Origin: an uncultured Candidatus Saccharibacteria bacterium
GTDB lineage: Bacteria; Patescibacteriota; Minisyncoccia; Phycocordibacterales; PALSA-1337
Direction of reading: 5' to 3'
Length of the DNA: 54,037 nucleotides
Assembly (NCBI GenBank): GCA_964576745.1
Contig: CAZNUY010000003.1
Span: 1 to 54,037, forward strand
In this document: positions 18,607 through 26,506 of the stretch, piece after piece
Numbering within the stretch: position 1 is the stretch's first letter
Layout: every line of letters starts with the position of its first letter
The notes under the pieces: model-generated
What the model was told of the DNA's origin: nothing
What the model saw: the letters and a program-made list of their open reading frames with translations, nothing else
Databases searched by the model: none
Made by a program: the position numbers and the translations under genes

Positions 18607-19109
18607 TCTATTTTTCTCCTATCTTTGTTTTTCTTTCTTTCCTCTCTTCGGATTCGTCTCTCTTCAGCTTTTTTCTCTTCTGCCTCTTTTCGAGCCTTCA
18701 TCTCTTCAGGAGTGACTACTCGCATATAATTCATGATCTTATAACCCTTTAAGTGCTCGAATGGATCAACGAATCTGTACCACTTTTCCATATGGGTATA
18801 ATCCTTTCCATCTTTTTCTCTCGTCTTAACCGAGTGAGATTTCAATAAATCTTTTGGTGGTAAAAAGTCCTTGTTGTCTTCAATGAGAAAGAGTTGTGCG
18901 TGAGTGCCCTTACCGTAGTAACTTATAGTTCGAGCTTTGAGAATACCTTCTTTAACCCATCTTCGAATGGTAACTGCCTTGAGCTCAAAGTTATATTCCA
19001 AATCAAATTCGCTATACCAACTATCCTTATCCTTTGCGAGAGAAGCTGGAATCTCTCCTTCATCAATTGCTTTCTGACAAACAAGACACTTTATTCCATA
19101 TTCGTCATA
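18603..19109 (-). CDS. HTH (excisionase/MerR-like) DNA-binding segment with Lys/Arg/Glu-rich tail; same frame as 19110..19952 and separated from it only by TAG
   Basis: Motif AVTIRRWVKEGILKA. The frame is open from 19109 down to TGA at 18603. The ORF track starts at a TTG at 19001, and no ATG lies upstream. Confidence 0.5.
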   Translation of the reverse strand, partial: YDEYGIKCLVCQKAIDEGEIPASLAKDKDSWYSEFDLEYNFELKAVTIRRWVKEGILKARTISYYGKGTHAQLFLIEDNKDFLPPKDLLKSHSVKTREKDGKDYTHMEKWYRFVDPFEHLKGYKIMNYMRVVTPEEMKARKEAEEKKAEERRIRREERKKNKDRRKIE

Positions 19110-19952
19110 CTAATTGTCACCTTCATTCATAATAGAGTGACCGCAAATAAAACAACGATAACCACGACCTTCGAGATGGAACCCTTTAGGGTTAGCCTTT
19201 AATTTCTCCTGAAGTATTTTTTCTTTCTCCTCCCATTCTTTCACAATTTTCCCCATGTTTTCCAATCTCCATTTTTGATCCCGATATTCGGCACCTTGTT
19301 CATCTGTTAGACAGAAACGATCCCGATCCTTAGCAAAATCAGCATCAAATTCATCATCCTTTTCTTTTGCGTGTCTCCATTCGTATTCATCAGTTTCTGT
19401 GTAGCCACATTTCGGGCAAGAGTTAGTTGTTATAACCTTTTTATCATCATCTTTTCTCCTTGTTTCGAGAGGAGTGCTGCAATGCAGACATAGTATGGGT
19501 TTAACTCTCCACTCTTCACCATCTGAAAAGAAAGCTCTGCGAGGAAGACATTTATTTGGGCAGTCATACATAAATAAAACACGATCAGGTTTTTCAAGAT
19601 CGGTCCAAAGGTCTTTGAATGTCACCTTCATTCTATTTCGGCATGTAAGGCAACGAATATCTTCTGGTGCTTGAGCTGAAGCGTAAAAATCATCTCTCTG
19701 CTTATCTTTATCCATCCATTCCTGAATAGTTTTATTTCTATTTAAATATCTTTCTCCCTTCGTAATATTAAGAGATAGTTTTTTAGCATAAGCTTCAGCA
19801 GCAGCTGCATCTTCTTCACTAATTGAGCCATCTTCAGGAAGAGGCTTTTTTGATTCCGTAAAGAATTTTTCTATACGCCGACACTCTTCTACAGTGTGTC
19901 TGTCATAGAGATCGGAATAATATTGTTTAGATTTAAGATGTGGTTCTGACAT
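19110..19952 (-). CDS. multi-zinc-ribbon protein (three CxxC...CxxC units, the last one completed only downstream of its TAG stop)
   Basis: 280-aa ORF; CLTCRNRM..CPNKC, CLHCSTP..CPKCG, CFICGHS then TAG. Confidence 0.6.
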   Translation of the reverse strand: MSEPHLKSKQYYSDLYDRHTVEECRRIEKFFTESKKPLPEDGSISEEDAAAAEAYAKKLSLNITKGERYLNRNKTIQEWMDKDKQRDDFYASAQAPEDIRCLTCRNRMKVTFKDLWTDLEKPDRVLFMYDCPNKCLPRRAFFSDGEEWRVKPILCLHCSTPLETRRKDDDKKVITTNSCPKCGYTETDEYEWRHAKEKDDEFDADFAKDRDRFCLTDEQGAEYRDQKWRLENMGKIVKEWEEKEKILQEKLKANPKGFHLEGRGYRCFICGHSIMNEGDN

Positions 19953-19957
19953 AGAAT

Positions 19958-22810
19958 TTATTCATCTTCTTGTTCTTTTTTCAGCATTTTCCTCTTCTCC
20001 AATTCTGCCTGATGTTCTTTCTCACTAGCTGCTATCATCTGTTTTAAGATAGTCACTGTTTCGGCAATAAATCTCTGACCTTTCTTTGAGCTAGTATTGT
20101 TAGCAAGAGCCTCTATTTCATTCACCTTGGCTTGCCATGCCTTACCAAAAAGATTTTCGCCAGCTGGGCCACTTACTGATCCAACATTTGTAAGATACCC
20201 TTTAAGAGTTCGTATGAGGTCTTTGTCATCTGTGATTTCAACTAGCCTGAGACAAAATTGAATATCAATGGAATCAAATTTCGGTAGTAATTCAATAGCT
20301 TCTGCAATTTGTTTTTTCTTACCACTCAACACGAGATCGTAGATAATTTCTTGAGCAATAGAAGGTGCAAACGAATCCAGAAGGCTGGAAAGGTTGTAGC
20401 TAAAGACAGAAATCTTTCCTAAATGCTTTTTACTCCAAACTTTTACTATTTCTTTTACTTTGTCAGTATTCTTTTCAAAGAGTGGTTTAAGTTCGTCTGC
20501 GTGTCTCGGAATAGCCTGATAATAGTGACCTAATTCAAAGGTTTTTGAGGATTTCTGTTTTTCAAGCATTCTTCGGTAGAGGACATCCATAAATAGCTCA
20601 AAATCAACTTCCCCTAAGGCAATTAAAATTTCAGTACCGTGGTGTTCTAAGGAAGAGACCTTTACTAATAGACCAGCAAAATGTTCTAAATCCACTTTTG
20701 GCCAGTCGGATAATGAGAGCATTCCGTCTCTTAAAGCAAAATCTATGGTCATCAAATTTAAAATAACCTGGTCTGGATAATTTTTCAGTAACTCAAGAAA
20801 AATCTTTCGACATTTTCCGGGGTCTAAGGCTGATATTCTGAAAACCCCATATAGGACATAGTAAAAATTTGGATATTTTAAGGGGAGCGCTTCAAAATCA
20901 AATTTATCCTTTCTAAATATAATATTTTCAAGAATTGAAATGTCTTCAGGAGAAACTTTGTCTACATTTCCTTTATCTAAATATATAAAGGAGGCAGCGA
21001 TAGCGACTGCAAAGTCAGGCTGCTTCTTGTGTGATAGAAAATCGATAACCGAATCTAGGATTGCACGATTGCCGCTATTTCTAATTCCACCTATGAGCTC
21101 TGCCAATTTTGTAGATAAAGGCAGATTACTTTGGACCGACTGCTCGATTAGTTTTTTTGCTACATTAGGTTTAGTTTTACCTACATCAACTAGAAAAGTC
21201 TTAAAATTGACGAGACCGTTTAATGGTTCCAACTCGCTCATTTTTGCAACATCAGACAAATCTTTCAGGTACTTTTTCAGATTCCCTTCCGAAATTGTTT
21301 GTACATGCTTGTCTATGGCTTCTTTCCATTCTCGATCTACTGTTTGATAGTCGTCTTCGTCTCGCAATTGAAAAGCTTGGCCGATGAGAAGACGATATAA
21401 ACCATATATTCCTTTATCATTTTGAAGTCTTTCTAAAAGCTTTCCAACTGGTGGAACGCTACCGCCATGAACCCTCTTCATCCAACCGAGCTGCTGCTCT
21501 AGCTTTAAGACAATTGGAGATTCAACAATAATTTTATTATCTTCGAGGATAATATTTGTAATTTCTTTGATGAAAAATCTCACATCACCTTCAATCATTT
21601 TCTGCGCTTTTTCTTTTTGTTCATCAGGACCAATTTCATGAGATACATGAGTAGAGTGCAGTATTATCTCTAAAATCTTCAGTTTATCCTGAACCTTAGC
21701 TATCTTGAACATAGAGATAAGTTCAATAACCACTTTTCTTCTAAATTTTGCTAAGTAGGGACTTGCATTTAGTGGTCCTCGGTGGAAAACCATCGTAATA
21801 TCATCTCTCATTGAAGTCCCATCATATGAAGGTTCAAGTAAAGATTCGTAAACAATTTTTAGGGTATCAATGTTGCTGATCTTTTCCTTGATGTCATGGG
21901 TTTCCAGAAAAGCATGCACAGCTTCTTGAGGACCATATCCCAAAGAAATTAACGCATGGTAATTATATGCGGCAACATGCTTCATTTTCTCAATAAGTAC
22001 ACTCTGAATGTTTTTATTAATTTCTATTTTGGAAAAAGAATATAAAAGATTAAAAACCTCCTTTGGCTCGAAGTATCGAATTACATCAAGAGCTTCTATG
22101 TATACTTTAAGCACTCTCTCATTTGCTGGAGAATTGTTTGCTTCAGATAGTAACTTTTGTCCGATAGATAGAATATGTGGAACAACTAGATGTTCACCTT
22201 TAACAGAACGATAATGAGCTAATTTCTCAAGGGTTTTTATTCTTTCAATTAGCACTTCTGGAGCAAGATAACCAACATCTTTTTGGTCAGCAAGTAAATC
22301 CTTTATAAGATGATCGTTCGTTTTATTGAAATGATGATTACATATGTCTTTCCACTCCTTGAGATAAGAATCGTCACCCTTCTTTATAATATTTTTCCTA
22401 TTAAAATATAATCTCTTTTCAGCAGGAACATTGCTTTTACCTAATATAGTTGCAGCTGTCTCTTTGCTTAAATAAAGCCAATACGCTACTTGTTCCGTAG
22501 GGTCAACTGCAATAAATAAAAGTGGTAAGTTGGAGGAAGCTGCATAAGCTAGCAGTTTGGATGGACATAATGAGAATGGGGCTTTAGTTTTCTTGGCATA
22601 GGAAAGCGGCTTGATTTGCACTTCCAAATTCAAACCAGTTGTTTCTCTTTTTGAGTTGAGGAGTTGTAAGTGTCCATCTGTATCCGGATATGTATCATCT
22701 CCCGATGTGAGCTTTTCTATTAACTTGTCAGATAAAATCTGCTTGAGAACGCCAATTTCCTGTTTTTCTATTGCTTTGCTTTTTGAGTAAACTGAGCGTT
22801 TGATTGCCAT
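19958..22810 (-). CDS. 950-aa protein: N-terminal DUF4365-like PD-(D/E)xK nuclease fold plus about 800-aa alpha-helical repeat region
   Basis: YPDTDGHLQL ... LEVQIKPLS ... PLLFIAVDPTEQVAYWLYL pattern. The rest is helical with no recognisable motif. Confidence 0.55.
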   Translation of the reverse strand: MAIKRSVYSKSKAIEKQEIGVLKQILSDKLIEKLTSGDDTYPDTDGHLQLLNSKRETTGLNLEVQIKPLSYAKKTKAPFSLCPSKLLAYAASSNLPLLFIAVDPTEQVAYWLYLSKETAATILGKSNVPAEKRLYFNRKNIIKKGDDSYLKEWKDICNHHFNKTNDHLIKDLLADQKDVGYLAPEVLIERIKTLEKLAHYRSVKGEHLVVPHILSIGQKLLSEANNSPANERVLKVYIEALDVIRYFEPKEVFNLLYSFSKIEINKNIQSVLIEKMKHVAAYNYHALISLGYGPQEAVHAFLETHDIKEKISNIDTLKIVYESLLEPSYDGTSMRDDITMVFHRGPLNASPYLAKFRRKVVIELISMFKIAKVQDKLKILEIILHSTHVSHEIGPDEQKEKAQKMIEGDVRFFIKEITNIILEDNKIIVESPIVLKLEQQLGWMKRVHGGSVPPVGKLLERLQNDKGIYGLYRLLIGQAFQLRDEDDYQTVDREWKEAIDKHVQTISEGNLKKYLKDLSDVAKMSELEPLNGLVNFKTFLVDVGKTKPNVAKKLIEQSVQSNLPLSTKLAELIGGIRNSGNRAILDSVIDFLSHKKQPDFAVAIAASFIYLDKGNVDKVSPEDISILENIIFRKDKFDFEALPLKYPNFYYVLYGVFRISALDPGKCRKIFLELLKNYPDQVILNLMTIDFALRDGMLSLSDWPKVDLEHFAGLLVKVSSLEHHGTEILIALGEVDFELFMDVLYRRMLEKQKSSKTFELGHYYQAIPRHADELKPLFEKNTDKVKEIVKVWSKKHLGKISVFSYNLSSLLDSFAPSIAQEIIYDLVLSGKKKQIAEAIELLPKFDSIDIQFCLRLVEITDDKDLIRTLKGYLTNVGSVSGPAGENLFGKAWQAKVNEIEALANNTSSKKGQRFIAETVTILKQMIAASEKEHQAELEKRKMLKKEQEDE

Positions 22811-22887
22811 ACATTATTTTTACATATACATTCATAGTCTTAGTTAAAGCGGATTTTAGCATTTTTTAGGCTTAAAATAAAGAAAAA

Positions 22888-22917
22888 TCGCACCTGCTGC
22901 CGAAGCTACAGGTGCGA
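22888..22917 (-). terminator. intrinsic terminator after purM (symmetric hairpin with A/T runs on both sides)
   Basis: tcgcacctg ... caggtgcga form a 9-bp stem, flanked by aaaaa and attttt. Confidence 0.6.
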
Positions 22918-22942
22918 GTATTTTTCAGGAACTTGTTCGAAC

Positions 22943-24046
22943 TCATCGAACCGCCAGCGTCTCGCCCGCGTACTCGAGACCTTTCGGCTTGATGACGACT
23001 TTCTTGTCGCCGTTCTCGATGTGCCCGGCAGCCAGAGCCTTGAGGCCGAGCTGTTGCGTCACCCCGAGAACTTTCTCGACGTCGGCTTCCGCCACGTAGA
23101 GCGCAAACCCTGCGCCCATGTTCAGGTTGCCGTAGGCTTCCTGATCATCGACCGGTCCATGCTCCTGGATGAAGCTGAAGATCGGAAGCTGCGTCGGAAG
23201 CGTGTCGATCATGTAGGCGAAAGGCTGCGTTGCCCGCATGAGCTTGCGCCAGCCGTGGCCGGTGACGTTCACCGCGTAGTGAATATCAACGCCTGCATCG
23301 AGGCAGTCTTCGACGAGGCCGACGTAAATGTGTGTCGGATCGAGAAGTGCTTCGCCGTAGCTTCGGCCGTCAGAGAGTTTCGTGAGATACCCGTCCGGCA
23401 GCTTATCGGCAATCTTGCGCGCGAGCGTGAGCCCGTTCGCATGGATACCCGAGCTTTCGACAATCACGATCATGTCGCCGTGAGCGATCTTACCGATGAT
23501 CAGACGCTCCTTCGGCTTCACGATTCCAATCGCGGAACCGGAGAGCACAACGGCTTCCGGAACCACGACACCCTTGAGAGTCGGCGTTTCGCCTCCGCCC
23601 CAAGTGCAGCGGGCCAAGTCGCAGGCTTTCTTCCAGCCGTTGACCAGATCGCGGGTGCGGTTCTCGTCATTGAACCAGTCTGAGACGCCGACTGCGAGAT
23701 GCATGGCGACCGAGAGAGGCAATGCGCCGAGTGTCACCAGGTCATTCACGATCATGGCGACCGTGCACTGAGCGACATGGTCGTAATACGATTTGCCGGT
23801 GAGGGCATACATCGCGTCCGCGACCAGGTTCTTGGTGCCGAGGCCTTCCTCCACATGAGCGAAGTAACTTTTAGCCGCTTCGATCAGGTAGGCGCTTTCG
23901 CCTCGTGAGGGTTCGAACTCCCGGAACTCGCCGCCATTGAGACGAGCGATGTTGCCAGCTGTTTCTCGCGCAGCAAGCTGCGCCATCCGTTTGAATGGGT
24001 CCATGGCATCGTAATTGACACCGGTACCCGCGTAGGTCATGTTCAT
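22943..24046 (-). CDS. purM: AIR synthase (PurM) family, phosphoribosylformylglycinamidine cyclo-ligase-like
   Basis: 367-aa G+C-rich ORF; EEGLGTKN (DGVGTK-like) and PurM-type N- and C-terminal domain layout. It is a divergent subtype. Confidence 0.7.
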   Translation of the reverse strand: MNMTYAGTGVNYDAMDPFKRMAQLAARETAGNIARLNGGEFREFEPSRGESAYLIEAAKSYFAHVEEGLGTKNLVADAMYALTGKSYYDHVAQCTVAMIVNDLVTLGALPLSVAMHLAVGVSDWFNDENRTRDLVNGWKKACDLARCTWGGGETPTLKGVVVPEAVVLSGSAIGIVKPKERLIIGKIAHGDMIVIVESSGIHANGLTLARKIADKLPDGYLTKLSDGRSYGEALLDPTHIYVGLVEDCLDAGVDIHYAVNVTGHGWRKLMRATQPFAYMIDTLPTQLPIFSFIQEHGPVDDQEAYGNLNMGAGFALYVAEADVEKVLGVTQQLGLKALAAGHIENGDKKVVIKPKGLEYAGETLAVR

Positions 24047-24090
24047 GTGTTGCTCCTTTTCTTTTGTGAAATGTTCAGATGCTGAACGTG

Positions 24091-24118
24091 ATATTACTTA
24101 AAATTTGACAAAAAGCAA
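24091..24118 (-). promoter_or_regulatory. sigma-70-like promoter of purM (TTGCTT, 16 nt, TAATAT)
   Basis: Plus strand atatta at 24091-24096 and aagcaa at 24113-24118. The whole module is nearly identical to the one upstream of purD. Confidence 0.55.
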
Positions 24119-24129
24119 ATAAAATAGGC

Positions 24130-24150
24130 CTACGATTTTTTAGGTCGTAG
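24130..24150 (-). terminator. weak hairpin terminator after purD
   Basis: ctacga/tcgtag stem with an A/T-rich loop and flank. Confidence 0.3.
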
Positions 24151-24177
24151 ACCATTTTGAGTTGGAGCAACACAACT

Positions 24178-25494
24178 TCATACTCCGAGAGACTTCGCGC
24201 CGATGTCCTTGCGATAATGCGCTCCTTCGAAATGAATGCACTCGACTCCGTTGTAAGCGTGATCGAGAGCTTCCTGAAGAGTTGCACCGAGTGCGGTGAC
24301 ACCGAGAACACGACCACCGGCAGTGACGAGCTGGCCATCAGCCTGTTTGGTCCCTGCATGGAACACGACGACGCCCGGAAGAATCTCGGCGTTATCGATG
24401 CCTGTGATCGGCAAACCTTTCTTGTAGTCGGGCGACGGATAGCCGCCAGACGCCATCACGATGCAGGCAGCGAAGCCGGGGTTCCACTCGACGTTAATCT
24501 CATGGAGCCGTCCATCAGCACATGCCTCGAAGATGTCGAGCAGATCAGTTTTCAGAAGTCGCATGTAAACCTGGGTCTCCGGATCACCGAATCGGGCGTT
24601 GAACTCGAGCACCGACAGGTCCCATTCGGGAACTGCTGGTGGATCGTTTCTCCGGACTTTGAGTCCCGGATAGAGTAAGCCAACAAACGGCGAGCCTTTT
24701 CCACGAAGACCTTCGAGGATCGGACCGACAATCTGTTCACCTGCAGCATCGTGGCTCACGAACCACGGCACCGGAGCAATCGTTCCCATTCCGCCGGTAT
24801 TCGAACCCTTGTCGCCGTCGAAGACAGGCTTATGGTCCTGAGCCGAGGGAAACATCTTGAACGACTTACCGTCGCAGAAGGCGTGGATTGAAACTTCTTG
24901 TCCTCCAGCGAACTCCTCGACAATGACTTCATCGCCGGCGCTTCCATGGAGCTTCTTGACCATGATCTCATCGAGAGCTTGTTCGGCTTCTGCGAGATCG
25001 TGGCAGACGTATGCCCCCTTTCCGAGAGCGAGACCCGATGCCTTCACCACGATCGGCAAACCTTGGTAGGCCGCGAAGTGGCGTCGGACATGTTCGAGTG
25101 CCTGCGTATGGTCAGTGTAAACATCGAAGTGCGAGGTTGGCACGCCTGAATCTTTCATGAGGCGTTTCGAGAACACCTTCGATGCTTCGATCTGCGCTGC
25201 GGCTTTGCTCGGACCGAAGATCTTCAGTCCTTTTGCCTGGAACGCATCAACGATGCCGAGCGCCAGCGGATCATCCTGACCCACAATGGTGAAATCAATT
25301 CCTTCCTTGAGTGCGAAGGCCAAGAGACCGTCCACATCCGTCGCTTTCACTGGGACGTTTTCTGCGATCTGTGCCGTGCCAGCATTGCCGGGGGCAACGT
25401 AGAGTTTTCCGAGACGTGGCGACTGATGAAGCTTCCATCCAATGGAATGCTCACGACCGCCACCACCAACGAGTAGTACTTTCATCTGGTTCAT
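24178..25494 (-). CDS. purD: phosphoribosylamine-glycine ligase (GAR synthetase)
   Basis: 438-aa ORF; MKVLLVGGGGREHSIGWKL N-terminus and ATP-grasp layout. Confidence 0.9.
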   Translation of the reverse strand: MNQMKVLLVGGGGREHSIGWKLHQSPRLGKLYVAPGNAGTAQIAENVPVKATDVDGLLAFALKEGIDFTIVGQDDPLALGIVDAFQAKGLKIFGPSKAAAQIEASKVFSKRLMKDSGVPTSHFDVYTDHTQALEHVRRHFAAYQGLPIVVKASGLALGKGAYVCHDLAEAEQALDEIMVKKLHGSAGDEVIVEEFAGGQEVSIHAFCDGKSFKMFPSAQDHKPVFDGDKGSNTGGMGTIAPVPWFVSHDAAGEQIVGPILEGLRGKGSPFVGLLYPGLKVRRNDPPAVPEWDLSVLEFNARFGDPETQVYMRLLKTDLLDIFEACADGRLHEINVEWNPGFAACIVMASGGYPSPDYKKGLPITGIDNAEILPGVVVFHAGTKQADGQLVTAGGRVLGVTALGATLQEALDHAYNGVECIHFEGAHYRKDIGAKSLGV

Positions 25495-25542
25495 GACTTG
25501 GTTCTCCTTTTCTTTTGTTAGAGGTTCTGTGTTCTGAGGCTG

Positions 25543-25570
25543 ATATTACCTAAAATTTGACAAAAGGCAA
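25543..25570 (-). promoter_or_regulatory. sigma-70-like promoter of purD (TTGCCT, 16 nt, TAATAT)
   Basis: Plus strand atatta at 25543-25548 and aggcaa at 25565-25570. Confidence 0.55.
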
Positions 25571-25585
25571 TAAAAATTTGAAAAG

Positions 25586-25613
25586 TTGCAAAAAAGATAT
25601 TTTTAATTAATAT
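25586..25613 (+). promoter_or_regulatory. sigma-70-like promoter of purN (TTGCAA, 16 nt, TAATAT), divergent from the purD promoter
   Basis: ttgcaa at 25586-25591 and taatat at 25608-25613; RBS taggagatagg before the ATG at 25653. Confidence 0.5.
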
Positions 25614-25652
25614 TCTTTTTAGATCATCAAACCAAATATAGGAGATAGGCAC

Positions 25653-26324
25653 ATGAGCAAATCGAAAGTTCTTGTCTTCGCGTCAGGGTCGGCTGAAGGT
25701 GGCGGATCGGGCTTTGAAAAGCTCATCCTTGCTTCCCGAGGTGGACCACTTGATGCAGACATCGTCGCAGTTGTTTCAAATCATGCAAACGGAGGAGTGC
25801 GTGCTCGGGCAGATAAGCTCGGCGTTCCCTTCCTCCACTTCCCGAAGCCATGGACCGCAGAAGCGTATCAAAAGTTCGCCTCCGAATCCGGTGCAGACTT
25901 CTTTGCGCTCTCCGGCTGGCTGAAATTGGTGACCGGACTCGATCCGGTTACCCGATTCAATTCACGGACTGTCTTCAACATTCATCCCGGACCACTTCCG
26001 GACTTTGGTGGTCCGGGACTGTATGGGCATCATGTCCACGAAGCAGTCATCGCAGCTTTCGGCCGGCGCGAGATCACACACTCGGCTGTTTCGATGCATT
26101 TCGTCACCGGCGAATATGATCGCGGACCGGTTTTCTTCCGGTGCAACGTCAAAATCAACGGAGACGATACAGCCGACACGATTGGCACCCGGGTCAATCA
26201 GCAGGAGCATATCCATCAGCCGAAAATCACCAGCATGGTGGTAAACGGTCTGATCAAGTGGGATGGAATCAATCCCGATTCGCTCCAAGTTCCGGAAGGA
26301 TACTCGGTCGAATGCTTCGCCTGA
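25653..26324 (+). CDS. purN: phosphoribosylglycinamide formyltransferase
   Basis: 223-aa ORF; VLVFASGS...NIHPGPLPDFGG formyltransferase motifs. Confidence 0.85.
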   Translation: MSKSKVLVFASGSAEGGGSGFEKLILASRGGPLDADIVAVVSNHANGGVRARADKLGVPFLHFPKPWTAEAYQKFASESGADFFALSGWLKLVTGLDPVTRFNSRTVFNIHPGPLPDFGGPGLYGHHVHEAVIAAFGRREITHSAVSMHFVTGEYDRGPVFFRCNVKINGDDTADTIGTRVNQQEHIHQPKITSMVVNGLIKWDGINPDSLQVPEGYSVECFA

Positions 26325-26345
26325 TTTACGCGCATGCGCATCATC

Positions 26346-26380
26346 ATGAGCGGTTCTGAAAAACGGACCGCTCATTTTTT
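26346..26380 (+). terminator. intrinsic terminator after purN
   Basis: tgagcggt / accgctca form an 8-bp stem followed by tttttta. Confidence 0.6.
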
Positions 26381-26402
26381 ATTTGAAATTAAGCAATTTT
26401 TG

Positions 26403-26430
26403 TTGCTTAAAGTCTAATTTTGAGTAATAT
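26403..26430 (+). promoter_or_regulatory. sigma-70-like promoter of purL (TTGCTT, 16 nt, TAATAT)
   Basis: ttgctt at 26403-26408 and taatat at 26425-26430. Confidence 0.5.
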
Positions 26431-26506
26431 GACGACTAGATAGCACCTCTCGGAGGTGCATTGTTTTTTGTCATCCCAAACGTAAACAACAAAAGAAGGA
26501 GAAGCC

